Of a DNA stretch of 64,000 nucleotides, positions 9,363-19,101 are shown piece after piece. The DNA lies in sequence record OQ411014.1. One strand, given 5' to 3'. The notes beneath the pieces are model-generated. The model made no database searches, had not been told where the DNA came from, and saw nothing but the letters and a program-made list of their open reading frames with translations. The stretch's first letter is position 1, and each line of letters opens with the position of its first letter. The translations under genes were made by a program, and so were the position numbers.

Positions 9363-9753
9363 AATTCAATCCAGATGTTATATAGTACTGAACAAAGAAC
9401 TCCAGATGCCTGTCGGTAAAGCTGCTGTACAGGTTGGTCATGCGATGGATCAGGTTTGGGGAGCTTTCTGTAATATGACTTCACAACCTACCATGTCTTT
9501 GTTGGGTAACCTGAAGTACATGGAAGACTTTTCCAAATGGAAAGATGAAGGCCGTAAGAAAGTAACACTAGGTGCTAAGAACGACGCTGAAGTTCAGAAA
9601 TATAAAGACAAACTCCTTGATGCGGGTTATACTGTGTTTGATATCGTTGACTACGGAATCAATTTCTTTGATGGTGTAACCAGGACTGGTATTGTAGTCT
9701 TTCCAGTACTGAATGCTATCCCTGAACTAAAACGTTTACAGGTATTCAAATGA
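9355..9753 (+). CDS. pth2: peptidyl-tRNA hydrolase, Pth2 family
   Basis: IVLNKELQMPVGKAAVQVGHA, W...GRKKVTL, VD.G...F...T.TGIV. Confidence 0.88.
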   Translation: MSEIQSRCYIVLNKELQMPVGKAAVQVGHAMDQVWGAFCNMTSQPTMSLLGNLKYMEDFSKWKDEGRKKVTLGAKNDAEVQKYKDKLLDAGYTVFDIVDYGINFFDGVTRTGIVVFPVLNAIPELKRLQVFK

Positions 9754-10172
9754 AAGAATTCAACCGTGCAGAAGCTATAGCAGAGGCTTATGAGAAAATA
9801 AAAAACAATGAACTACGTCTAAAGGATGTATCTCAATCGAATAAGCATCGTGAAACTGACGAATACGTATTGTATTTCAACCCATATGCTGGTATGTTCA
9901 TCTTACGAATGAACTTGGAATGTATCCTAGATACAAACCAGAATCGGACGTTATTATTTTATTCGACCGATGAACCAGATGAAGCATTAGTACCAGTACA
10001 GAACGGTATTGGTAGTATAATTGTACACCCTTATAAATCTGAAGCTGAACAGTTCCAGCGTACTTTGGTCGAAGAAGATTATCCTGACGTTGAAACTATG
10101 AAACAGATTCAATATATTGTTGAGTATATCAAAAGTACACATTTCGGAGGCGTTGATGCAGTACAAGAATAG
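9750..10172 (+). CDS. family A protein
   Basis: SEAEQFQRTLVEED. Confidence 0.7.
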   Translation: MKEFNRAEAIAEAYEKIKNNELRLKDVSQSNKHRETDEYVLYFNPYAGMFILRMNLECILDTNQNRTLLFYSTDEPDEALVPVQNGIGSIIVHPYKSEAEQFQRTLVEEDYPDVETMKQIQYIVEYIKSTHFGGVDAVQE

Positions 10173-10521
10173 TTATGCAGTCCAACTCGGTACTATGCTG
10201 GCTTTTACTTTCCTGAACGGTTTGTTTGCGTTCTTTTCTCCTAGTACTCCAGAAGTACCAGCACAGGGTCAAGAGAAAGTACTCAAGATTGAAACCATCC
10301 GTCAGGACGTAACTTCATACACTCAAGTACTGAAAAAAGCCGATACGTGTGAAAAGGTAACTGATAAAGAAGAAAATGATTTCTATAGTTGTCCTGACAG
10401 TACTACTATTTCTATGGTACACTGGACTCGTAGCCCAGACCGTAAAGGTGTGGTAACAAAATACTATGACAAGGATAAGAACCTGTTGATGATCTATGGT
10501 CATCCAGATGATGTTTACTAA
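10156..10521 (+). CDS. membrane-anchored or exported protein
   Basis: GGAGG RBS; N-terminal hydrophobic segment; Cys pair. Confidence 0.65.
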   Translation: MQYKNSYAVQLGTMLAFTFLNGLFAFFSPSTPEVPAQGQEKVLKIETIRQDVTSYTQVLKKADTCEKVTDKEENDFYSCPDSTTISMVHWTRSPDRKGVVTKYYDKDKNLLMIYGHPDDVY

Positions 10522-10530
10522 GGATATATA

Positions 10531-10968
10531 ATGCAATCGTACTTCTCCATAATTACCGATGTACTCGCAGAATATACCAAACCAGAACAGTGGACACCAA
10601 TCAAATCAGACGTAGGAGAACGCTACCGTTCAGTACTGGATGGTAGTGTCCTGTCCGTATCTAAAGCATTGATTGGTTTCATTTACAATGGAGACAAAGC
10701 ACCAGTCCAGGAATTGACTGTGAACATTTTTGCTAACTCGAAGTATTTTGTATTTGTAGACCGAAATACCAACAAGGTAAGAATAAAGACCAGTGTAGGC
10801 AGTACTGGTATTATGACGAGTAAGGTACTTTCTACTTTAGTTCCAGAAGATGAGTATTTTCATTTGATGTTATCATCTGATGAGTATCAGATATCCTATG
10901 AAGAGCAGAAAATATTGCTCAAGTTCATAGAACTCGCAAAGTGGGTACACAGGAAAAATAATCGTTGA
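10531..10968 (+). CDS. family A protein
   Basis: PEDEYFHLMLSSD. Confidence 0.7.
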   Translation: MQSYFSIITDVLAEYTKPEQWTPIKSDVGERYRSVLDGSVLSVSKALIGFIYNGDKAPVQELTVNIFANSKYFVFVDRNTNKVRIKTSVGSTGIMTSKVLSTLVPEDEYFHLMLSSDEYQISYEEQKILLKFIELAKWVHRKNNR

Positions 10969-10993
10969 CAGTACTGCTAGGTGTGCGTATAAT
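10965..10993 (+). promoter_or_regulatory. sigma70 promoter TTGACA-17-TATAAT
   Basis: Perfect consensus; spacer starts with AGTACT overlap. Confidence 0.85.
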
Positions 10994-11033
10994 CACTTCA
11001 TAACGAAATGACTTAAACACTAAGGATAACAAA

Positions 11034-11291
11034 ATGGCTAACGTAATTCGCTCTCGAAAAATGATTTCTGGTAATGACCTTCGCTATCTGAACAACTATC
11101 GTCATCTTTTCCAACAGTTGGGTAAAGGTGTAAAAATGACAGTTATTACTGATACCATTCAGGAACCAGAAGACATTTTTGGTGTATACCATAGCGTTTT
11201 CAATCTATACATCAAACGTGGTCTGTTGGACGTAAAAACCATTACTGAAATTGATGACGATGAAGAGATGGAGAATTTCCTGTTCCTATGA
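11034..11291 (+). CDS. early hypothetical protein
   Basis: AAGGA RBS behind consensus promoter. Confidence 0.75.
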   Translation: MANVIRSRKMISGNDLRYLNNYRHLFQQLGKGVKMTVITDTIQEPEDIFGVYHSVFNLYIKRGLLDVKTITEIDDDEEMENFLFL

Positions 11292-11493
11292 ATAATGAAT
11301 ACTACAATGCTTGGTCGTACGCGATTGAGTTTTGTCGAAAGTACGACATATGCACGAGTACTAAAAAATGGAAACCGTGGGAGAAGAAATTCTTCTTCTA
11401 CATTTATAACCTAAAATTAGGACGTGAGGTGTAACATGCCAGAACCATTAGATCGTGATGATGATTTCATGGATGAACGCTATGGTGATAAGG

Positions 11494-11973
11494 ATGAGTA
11501 GATTCCTTACACTAGCTGATGTAATCAAGGAGGCTAATGATTATCTTGACAGTAAACCAGTGTTCAATGATAATGCAAAGGATACAAGAACATCTTTCGT
11601 CCCGAATTTGATTAACACTGCGTACGCTAATATTATTGACGTATTCGTGTGTCCACGCTATGCTATTTTCAAATTCCGTGATGTTGAGAATCTCGTGGAG
11701 TATCAACTATCAGTTCTTCCGTGGCGTAGTGGATTTTCGTTTATGTCATGGGATGATAGTTATATTGATGACGGTGAAGACATGCGGCATCTTTCAATGG
11801 GGTTTATTACATCAGAAGAACAGTTCTTCCAAGAATCGTTGAAACGTGATTTGTCATGGGTAGAATTGGTTGACGTTATCAATGCCAAGAAACTTCATGA
11901 CCGCATCTTTGAGTACTATGGTATTACACCATGTGATGATGAGCAGGACCAACTAGGTGACGTATACAAATGA
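11494..11973 (+). CDS. family A protein
   Basis: TSEEQFFQESLKRD; start placed at 11494, upstream in-frame ATGs possible. Confidence 0.7.
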   Translation: MSRFLTLADVIKEANDYLDSKPVFNDNAKDTRTSFVPNLINTAYANIIDVFVCPRYAIFKFRDVENLVEYQLSVLPWRSGFSFMSWDDSYIDDGEDMRHLSMGFITSEEQFFQESLKRDLSWVELVDVINAKKLHDRIFEYYGITPCDDEQDQLGDVYK

Positions 11974-12488
11974 AAGTAGAACCGTTCAGTACTGAATTTA
12001 TGCTGGTGGACGTATCACTCTCCAATTTCAAGCGTACTATGCGAAATTCTGGAGTGCACTATTATCGTTTTAAGAATAAACGATTAGTGCATGATACGAT
12101 TCATAACACTGTAAAACTTGTATGTGAATATCAGATTGATGAAGATACTCACACAAACCAAGTTCTGCACTTCAATTACAAAACTAACGAGTTGACTGCA
12201 CTCTTTACTGTAGTTCACAATAAAGTCAAGGAAAAATTCGTAGGTAAATATAAGTTCACGCTAGACGAATGTGAGTACTTCTTACTAAGTTTATCTGCGG
12301 AGAAATATTTTCCTAGTCTACAAGATTTAGTTCAAATCAATTCAGTAGTTCAAGAATTGAAAGAAGATGTGAAGTCTTGGGATGAAGAGATGACCGCTGC
12401 CGCATATAAGCGTCGTGTTGAGAGTTTTCATAAATGGGAAATGAAAACAGGTCGGAAGTTATTTCATTATAATAGTAAGGCAAAATAA
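11970..12488 (+). CDS. family A protein
   Basis: DECEYFLLSLS. Confidence 0.65.
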   Translation: MKVEPFSTEFMLVDVSLSNFKRTMRNSGVHYYRFKNKRLVHDTIHNTVKLVCEYQIDEDTHTNQVLHFNYKTNELTALFTVVHNKVKEKFVGKYKFTLDECEYFLLSLSAEKYFPSLQDLVQINSVVQELKEDVKSWDEEMTAAAYKRRVESFHKWEMKTGRKLFHYNSKAK

Positions 12489-12742
12489 TGAGTGAATATT
12501 CAAACGTATTGAAAGCAATCATTGCTGATTTGGGCGAAGATTGTGCTAATGTTTCCGAAGAAGAATACCAGTTGTGGAAGATGAACTATGAAAGTCTCCC
12601 AGAGCATGATAAAGTATTCAATCTTCTAGGTGCAATGTCACAGTACTTGACTTGTGCATCTAAAGCTAGTGCAAGTATCTTAGCTACTGCGGTAGTTTGC
12701 ACAGAACGTTGGTGTAACGAAAAAGATTTGGAGAATTTCTAA
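12488..12742 (+). CDS. hypothetical protein
   Basis: TAATG coupling. Confidence 0.65.
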   Translation: MSEYSNVLKAIIADLGEDCANVSEEEYQLWKMNYESLPEHDKVFNLLGAMSQYLTCASKASASILATAVVCTERWCNEKDLENF

Positions 12743-12760
12743 TATATAAAAGGATTTTAT

Positions 12761-13618
12761 ATGCAACCAATAACAGTACTTAGTCTGTTCAATGGAATGT
12801 CAGGCGGGATGCTTGCTTTAAACGAAGCACAAATACCCGTACATAAGTACTATTCATCTGAGATAGATAAGTTCGCAAACGCTGAGTCCCAAGCGAATTT
12901 CCCTGATATAGTCCAGTTGGGTGATGTTACCAAGTGGAAGGAATGGGATATTGAATGGGACAAAATAGATCTACTCATGGGTGGATTTCCATGCCAGGCA
13001 TGGTCTGTGGCTGGTAAACAGGGTGGAACGAACGATCCACGTGGAATGCTATTCCATACTATGGTTGATATCTATCATCATATTAAGGCGTTGAATCCGA
13101 ACTTGAAAGTACTGTTCGAGAACGTCAAGATGAAAGAAGACTTCAAGCAATACATTGATGGTATCTTAGGAATGACACCTAAGATGATCAACTCTCAAAA
13201 CTACACTGCTCACTATCGCCAGCGATATTACTGGTACTCATCTGATAAGTACTTTATCCCGCCTCCTATCATGTCTTCCCCTTCACTGCAATCAATTCTT
13301 GATAGTGATTACACTGATAGAGAGAAATCGTACTGTATAGATGCGAACTATTGGAAGGGTGGAGATCCTAACCAGTACTTCAACAAGTCCAGGCGGCAGA
13401 TGGTGTTCATGGACCCTGATATTGATAGAGAGTACCTTATTGAAAAGGGTATAAACAAGATTGACTATCGTAAGCTAAGTGTAGTAGAATGTTGTCGTTG
13501 TCAGGGAGTGCCGGATGATTACTTTAAAGTGTCCAGCAATACCCAAGCGTACAAGATGTTAGGTAACGGGTGGACTATCCCAGTCATCGCTCACTTATTA
13601 CGTGATATATTCTTTTGA
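12761..13618 (+). CDS. DNA cytosine-C5 methyltransferase (orphan)
   Basis: Motif I SLFNGMSG, catalytic GGFPCQ, motif VI FENV, RQRYYW, C-terminal YKMLGNGW. Confidence 0.93.
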   Translation: MQPITVLSLFNGMSGGMLALNEAQIPVHKYYSSEIDKFANAESQANFPDIVQLGDVTKWKEWDIEWDKIDLLMGGFPCQAWSVAGKQGGTNDPRGMLFHTMVDIYHHIKALNPNLKVLFENVKMKEDFKQYIDGILGMTPKMINSQNYTAHYRQRYYWYSSDKYFIPPPIMSSPSLQSILDSDYTDREKSYCIDANYWKGGDPNQYFNKSRRQMVFMDPDIDREYLIEKGINKIDYRKLSVVECCRCQGVPDDYFKVSSNTQAYKMLGNGWTIPVIAHLLRDIFF

Positions 13619-13648
13619 TATAATACTATGACTTACAAAGGAGAGCAT

Positions 13649-14218
13649 ATGAACTTTATCAAGTTCAATACATCTGAGTCAGAAGCATACTTTGATACAA
13701 ATAATAAATTCAATATTATTCTAAAAGACGGAACAGTTATTATCGGAGTATCATTACTATCATTTGATGGTGAAAACCGCAAAACTGTTTATAAATTCAC
13801 CAATCTTGATGGTGATTACTGGGATACATCAGATGTATCTAAAATTTGCACACATTATGTATTTGAATCAATTGAAGTTGGTGATGGATGGGCGTTGACT
13901 TGTAATGGTAATAAAGTATTTTCTGGTAACATATTTGGGGTAATCACCGAAAAGGAAATAGTAGACCATCATCTTCATGTCCTCAATGATACTGCTAACA
14001 CTTATACACCTGATAATATCAACCTTCGCGATATTGTAACATATACTGATTGTAATGGTTTCAGTCATAAAGCAATCGTAACTGAAGTCAAAAAACCAAG
14101 AAATTATTTCGACCACGGTGTAATTGAAGTATATATGGTAGATGTTGATAAACAATACTTTGAACATTTCACTTATACTGGTTGGGATAAATTCCTAACC
14201 GTTATTGAAGAATATTAG
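13649..14218 (+). CDS. hypothetical protein
   Basis: AGGAG RBS before ATG 13649. Confidence 0.7.
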   Translation: MNFIKFNTSESEAYFDTNNKFNIILKDGTVIIGVSLLSFDGENRKTVYKFTNLDGDYWDTSDVSKICTHYVFESIEVGDGWALTCNGNKVFSGNIFGVITEKEIVDHHLHVLNDTANTYTPDNINLRDIVTYTDCNGFSHKAIVTEVKKPRNYFDHGVIEVYMVDVDKQYFEHFTYTGWDKFLTVIEEY

Positions 14219-14272
14219 GATTACTCGTGTTCTTGATACATTTTTTACTAATTCAATGAGGTTTTTTATAGT

Positions 14273-14791
14273 ATGCCAAATACAAACAATTACAATATTC
14301 CGTCACTTGCTACTGCCAAATCAGACCGCATTAGTGAACAAAAAGAATATGTGAAACGCCGTACGGATGGTGGTTTTTGTCCAGAAAAGGGTGACCGCGT
14401 ATTCTTCCAAACAACCGACCGTGATGGTAATATTGGTCGCAGTGGTTATGGTAAAGTTAGTGGTAAACATCAGTACAGTTCAAAACACTACATGTACTTT
14501 ATAGACTGTGATGATGCTACAATAGAGAATGTTGTTGTTGGACATCCTAGTGGTTTCTATCCAAAGGACTTTATCCAGTTGGAATCAATGTATAATAAAG
14601 ATAAAGAACTCAAACCTGAAGTTGTACCAAAAGAATACTTTGGTCTATATGACTTCAGAACTCAACGAGTTGAACTTGGAAGTCTATTCACATACCGTTC
14701 TGATACGTTTGAGTATGCAACATCGAAGTACGGAAACCCATTACCACATAATTTAACGATTCGTGCATTCATCATACACGAAAAGTTATAA
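14273..14791 (+). CDS. hypothetical protein
   Basis: 172 aa ORF followed by terminator. Confidence 0.65.
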   Translation: MPNTNNYNIPSLATAKSDRISEQKEYVKRRTDGGFCPEKGDRVFFQTTDRDGNIGRSGYGKVSGKHQYSSKHYMYFIDCDDATIENVVVGHPSGFYPKDFIQLESMYNKDKELKPEVVPKEYFGLYDFRTQRVELGSLFTYRSDTFEYATSKYGNPLPHNLTIRAFIIHEKL

Positions 14792-14798
14792 ATCATAC

Positions 14799-14822
14799 GG
14801 AGTCTTTTTTTAGACTCCTTTT
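14799..14822 (+). terminator. terminator hairpin
   Basis: ggagtct/agactcc plus T4. Confidence 0.65.
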
Positions 14823-14850
14823 AAATTGAATATCCACACTAGGAGTTGTA

Positions 14851-15231
14851 ATGAATCAATTAGATTGGCTAGACAAAGCTCTTGAAAAGATGCGAGCCGA
14901 AGATCCTGAAGTCCTGCACAGAAAGTTATTCGGATTTAGTGCCGCCGAATTTGAACAGTACTGCAACGATTTGACATTCTTTGATGAAGCCAAAACTGTT
15001 CTTGACTTTATGAAGAGCAAAGACTACACGATCATTAACATCTATGATACTGATGATTTTGAGTTACCTTCTCGGATGTTCTTACATTATTTCGAATCTT
15101 ACTGTACTGAAGGATACGATGAATCCTTTTGGAGTGGGTATGGTGCACATACATTGACACATGATGAATTGCAGTTACAATATCTTTTCGTTAATGGTCA
15201 GGGGACTGAACATTTCTTTCGGATTATCTAA
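14851..15231 (+). CDS. hypothetical protein
   Basis: AGGAG RBS. Confidence 0.7.
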   Translation: MNQLDWLDKALEKMRAEDPEVLHRKLFGFSAAEFEQYCNDLTFFDEAKTVLDFMKSKDYTIINIYDTDDFELPSRMFLHYFESYCTEGYDESFWSGYGAHTLTHDELQLQYLFVNGQGTEHFFRII

Positions 15232-15233
15232 CT

Positions 15234-15602
15234 ATGTATGAAGATTACAAAGTAGTACTGGAACCTAAACATCTTGTAAAAATAAAACAAATTTATAAAA
15301 GAGCACATGAGTCCAATGAACCACATTCTTACATTGTAAATAACACAATGTTTTATCTGTGTAAGGGTTTTGCAACAATGACTCGTTCTGGTGGTAATTT
15401 TTATGTAATTTCACAAATGCATAATGACCACATAGAAATCTTCAAAATGAGTTCAATGGGAAAAATTACACATAGCCATACACTCAAATATTGTAATGAT
15501 GAAGACTATTTGTTTCAACTTTCCCTTGTGTGTGATTTTGATTTGACATTAGACGATATGAATCTTATGATTGGTATCCGAGACAATATAGTAAAGGAAT
15601 AA
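15234..15602 (+). CDS. family A protein
   Basis: NDEDYLFQLSLVCD. Confidence 0.7.
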   Translation: MYEDYKVVLEPKHLVKIKQIYKRAHESNEPHSYIVNNTMFYLCKGFATMTRSGGNFYVISQMHNDHIEIFKMSSMGKITHSHTLKYCNDEDYLFQLSLVCDFDLTLDDMNLMIGIRDNIVKE

Positions 15603-15603
15603 A

Positions 15604-15816
15604 ATGAAATACCTAATAAAAGAAGTGTTTGCATTTCTGTATGTGTTGCTGTTGAGTATAGGCTCAATTACGTTAGCTCTTACTCCTTCAATTGTGTACC
15701 AATTCATTTGTGTATCAAATGATTATAACTTCGATGAAACGATCCATTTCACATTACGTGTTTTTGGCTTCATTGTGTGGTTATGTGCATTTAGTTATTT
15801 TATGAACAGGAAATAA
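15604..15816 (+). CDS. small membrane protein
   Basis: AAGGA RBS; two hydrophobic segments. Confidence 0.65.
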   Translation: MKYLIKEVFAFLYVLLLSIGSITLALTPSIVYQFICVSNDYNFDETIHFTLRVFGFIVWLCAFSYFMNRK

Positions 15817-15817
15817 T

Positions 15818-16117
15818 ATGAACAAGCACGAAGTAATTATCTTTGACCGGAAAGTATTCGTACCAACCGAGAACAGTACTGAATCGTACTATCTCATCAA
15901 TGAGATCATGTCCGCAACTAGTACTAGCTGTGAGCAGAAACCAGGTGAGTACATCTTCAGTCAGACCATTGGGTATTATCGTTACAAAGAAAAAGAACAT
16001 TTTGACATTGATTCTGAAAAAATCATTGCAGTACTGAAAGAATGTGGCTATAATGAATGTATTGAAAACGACACTACCTTACCAGTTGTCGTGTTTACAC
16101 TAAACCCAACCATCTAG
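15818..16117 (+). CDS. hypothetical protein
   Basis: AGGA RBS. Confidence 0.65.
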   Translation: MNKHEVIIFDRKVFVPTENSTESYYLINEIMSATSTSCEQKPGEYIFSQTIGYYRYKEKEHFDIDSEKIIAVLKECGYNECIENDTTLPVVVFTLNPTI

Positions 16118-16126
16118 GATAACATT

Positions 16127-16405
16127 ATGCATTTCGAAAAATTCAACGCAAACCGTAACACACGTATTGAAATGTTGTTTGAAACTCAAGATACTATCAG
16201 TATTTGTACTAAGAGTGGTGATGTTTACCATGAATGTACTATTGAGTGGGAACAAGGCCGAACACGTTCTGTTGAGTTTGACAACTACCATTTCAAACAA
16301 GGCGACCGCAAGATCTGGCCTGAACTGGTAGAAAGCATTGCATATGAAGATGAAGATAAAGAATCTTTTATCAAAGAAAATCCAGAAAATGATGAAGATT
16401 TTTGA
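16127..16405 (+). CDS. hypothetical protein
   Basis: AGGA RBS. Confidence 0.65.
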   Translation: MHFEKFNANRNTRIEMLFETQDTISICTKSGDVYHECTIEWEQGRTRSVEFDNYHFKQGDRKIWPELVESIAYEDEDKESFIKENPENDEDF

Positions 16406-16431
16406 GCATTTTGAAGAAAATGTGATATAAT
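16402..16431 (+). promoter_or_regulatory. class II promoter TTGAGC-18-TATAAT for tRNA-Ser/Arg
   Basis: Shared architecture. Confidence 0.75.
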
Positions 16432-16485
16432 ATAATTAAGAAAGGGACAACATGATGTTCTTTTCTTGTTAATAAATAGAATACA

Positions 16486-16576
<91 letters not shown>

Positions 16577-16689
16577 GTTTTCAAAAGGTAGCCGAAAGGC
16601 AAGTTTATAGGATTTACGGATAGTTATAAATCTGAATTGACAGCAACTCCTAACAGAGTTACTATCCGCTCCTATCTTTTCTTAATCCA

Positions 16690-16764
16690 CGGGGTATAGC
16701 TTAATGGATAAAGCAGTAACCTTCTAAGTTATTGATCTAAGTTCGATTCTTAGTATCCCGACCA
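16690..16764 (+). tRNA. tRNA-Arg(TCT)
   Basis: cggggta/tatcccg, gtaac-ct-tct-aa-gttat, CCA encoded. Confidence 0.92.
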
Positions 16765-16779
16765 AATAAGAGACACAAC

Positions 16780-17286
16780 ATGAACTCCAGAATCTATAAA
16801 GAACTAACTAATATAATGTATGAATTTATGGATTTTGAAGTCCAGCTTGGTGTCATATGGGGTCACACCCAACCCCGTGCCACAGATTTGTTTGAAAACT
16901 GTGGCTATTTTGTTTCTGATTGGTCATGGTATGATGGTCACATTGTATCATTACTTTCTAAACAGTACCCAAATATTGAAATTGACTACGCTGCTTGTGC
17001 TGATTCTTATACATTTAGCAGTACTGAATTTCCTGGTTTGGCAATATGTATAGAAGAAGTTCCTAAGATAAGGACAGAGCCATCAGATCATATCTTTAAT
17101 AGAGTTCCAATTTATAAGGTACTTGAAAATAGGTCAGAAGAAGTACGTATTACTAATCCAACTCCAGAGTTCAGTGAGTTCGTACAAGAATTATGTCAGT
17201 GGGTGATGACATTTGACAAGTCAGAAGAACTTGATTATACTGTCAGTATATATGTACAAGAAAACATTGAGGTCACTGAACTATGA
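16780..17286 (+). CDS. hypothetical protein
   Basis: 168 aa ORF coupled to next gene. Confidence 0.7.
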   Translation: MNSRIYKELTNIMYEFMDFEVQLGVIWGHTQPRATDLFENCGYFVSDWSWYDGHIVSLLSKQYPNIEIDYAACADSYTFSSTEFPGLAICIEEVPKIRTEPSDHIFNRVPIYKVLENRSEEVRITNPTPEFSEFVQELCQWVMTFDKSEELDYTVSIYVQENIEVTEL

Positions 17287-17720
17287 TCAATTATGAAGCA
17301 GTACTGAAATCATTTATACACTGGTTGAACGACGATATCGTATACAAAACCATTGTGCGTACTAGAAATGATGAATACATTCCTATTCAGTATTTGGATA
17401 AGAATGAAGATATCTTCTTAGATAATGAAAACCTACATTACAGTTATCAACACTGGGAATTGAACACAACTACCCAAGCTGAAAGCCTGACTTCGTACTT
17501 TGGTATTGATATAAATCGTGATGGTTCTATTGTTATATTATATAATCCATCAGGAAGTGTACGTGATAAAACTCCACCTGCACGATTTAATATTAGTACT
17601 ACAGAAGAGGAATTATTCCAACTTAGTACTATCCAAGAGGATTATGACGTAACGATGGAAGTACTGAAAGAGTTTGCTAAACTGCACGAGAAATATTTTG
17701 GGAACCTAGACGATGTGTAA
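17283..17720 (+). CDS. family A protein
   Basis: TTEEELFQLSTIQED. Confidence 0.75.
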   Translation: MINYEAVLKSFIHWLNDDIVYKTIVRTRNDEYIPIQYLDKNEDIFLDNENLHYSYQHWELNTTTQAESLTSYFGIDINRDGSIVILYNPSGSVRDKTPPARFNISTTEEELFQLSTIQEDYDVTMEVLKEFAKLHEKYFGNLDDV

Positions 17721-18159
17721 TAGATATAACATAAAGATGATCCAACGTGGATTTGATGTGTTTAAAAATATCATTGCAGCTTATAGGTTCTTGATGGAAG
17801 TTGATAATCTTTCTGAACTTGACTTATGTAATGATTTCTGTATAATTGATGATGCTGGTAATCGCAATACTGCATCAGCCACTATAGACGATGATAGAAT
17901 AATTTTCTCATTTGACGCTGCTGGTGTTATAGTTGATAACAATGAACTGATTTACACGGAATGTCTATATGATGATTCTGGACATAAAATCAAGTTCATC
18001 GTGAAGAATCCGAAATTCATTGTAAATGAAGAAACATTCTTCCAAGCGAGTATGTTGTATGATTTGTCTGATGTGAAAAGTTACGAATGGTTTGTAACTA
18101 TTATGCAAACATATGATTTCGTTATGGATTTCATGAAAATGGATTTTGAACAATACTAG
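17713..18159 (+). CDS. family A protein, tandem paralog of 18168-18572
   Basis: VNEETFFQASMLYDLS. Confidence 0.75.
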   Translation: MCNRYNIKMIQRGFDVFKNIIAAYRFLMEVDNLSELDLCNDFCIIDDAGNRNTASATIDDDRIIFSFDAAGVIVDNNELIYTECLYDDSGHKIKFIVKNPKFIVNEETFFQASMLYDLSDVKSYEWFVTIMQTYDFVMDFMKMDFEQY

Positions 18160-18167
18160 GACTTAAA

Positions 18168-18572
18168 ATGATTGATCTTCAGAAACTGCTAATGGTTCAG
18201 TATGGTTTTGATGTGTTGTCGAGTAGTGATTTATCGAACGTGAATTTGAAAGATTTTGAATTCATTATCAGAGATGCAAACAATAACAGTACTGATGCTT
18301 ATGCGTCAATTCATAACGAAAGCGTTGATTTCACATTCAATGATTGTTCTGTGTATGTTGATGCTACAGAAATCGAAATCGTTTACCGTGTATATAGTGA
18401 AAACTACGCGGACGATATCGAATATATCCTTTGTATTGAAAATCCAACTTATATAGTGAATGAAGAAACTTTCTTCCAGGCTAGTACACTTCAAGATTTA
18501 TCAGAAGTTCCTGGGTATGAGTGGATTGTTTCTATTATGCAAATGTACAAAAATATTATTACTAAGGTATAA
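18168..18572 (+). CDS. family A protein
   Basis: VNEETFFQASTLQDLS. Confidence 0.75.
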   Translation: MIDLQKLLMVQYGFDVLSSSDLSNVNLKDFEFIIRDANNNSTDAYASIHNESVDFTFNDCSVYVDATEIEIVYRVYSENYADDIEYILCIENPTYIVNEETFFQASTLQDLSEVPGYEWIVSIMQMYKNIITKV

Positions 18573-18573
18573 T

Positions 18574-19092
18574 ATGAAAGAGCTTATTGAACGTGTAGAT
18601 TTCTTTGAACTGATTGCATTGGAATTTGATCCAGAATGTACTGATATTCTTTCAGATGTACCAATCTTCCCTATTGAAAACGATGATGGTACTTCATCGT
18701 ACTTAGAAGATTACGAAGATTATTTGCGTAGCTTCTGTCCAACATCAAACGATAAAGTGCATCTCTTTACTGAAATTATTCATGTACAATACAATACAAA
18801 TAATAAAGAAATTGTATTATGTGCAATGGATACATTCAACAGTACTGAAGCTGGTATTGCACGTGAGTATGCTAAACTATATCTCATTGATACAGGTGAG
18901 TATTGTAAACTTACCATCAAGGAAAATTCATTTATATTCAATAACAAAGAATATAAGCTAGGTACTACTGAAGAAGAGAACTTCCAGATTTCATGTACTG
19001 ACATGGGTTACTTCAATAATGTAGTAAATGAAGTAAAGAAATTTATTCTTCAAGATATTGACAAGAATGGATTACCTGAGTATAATAAATAA
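18574..19092 (+). CDS. family A protein
   Basis: TTEEENFQISCTD; start at 18574. Confidence 0.7.
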   Translation: MKELIERVDFFELIALEFDPECTDILSDVPIFPIENDDGTSSYLEDYEDYLRSFCPTSNDKVHLFTEIIHVQYNTNNKEIVLCAMDTFNSTEAGIAREYAKLYLIDTGEYCKLTIKENSFIFNNKEYKLGTTEEENFQISCTDMGYFNNVVNEVKKFILQDIDKNGLPEYNK

Positions 19093-19101
19093 CAGAATTA
19101 C

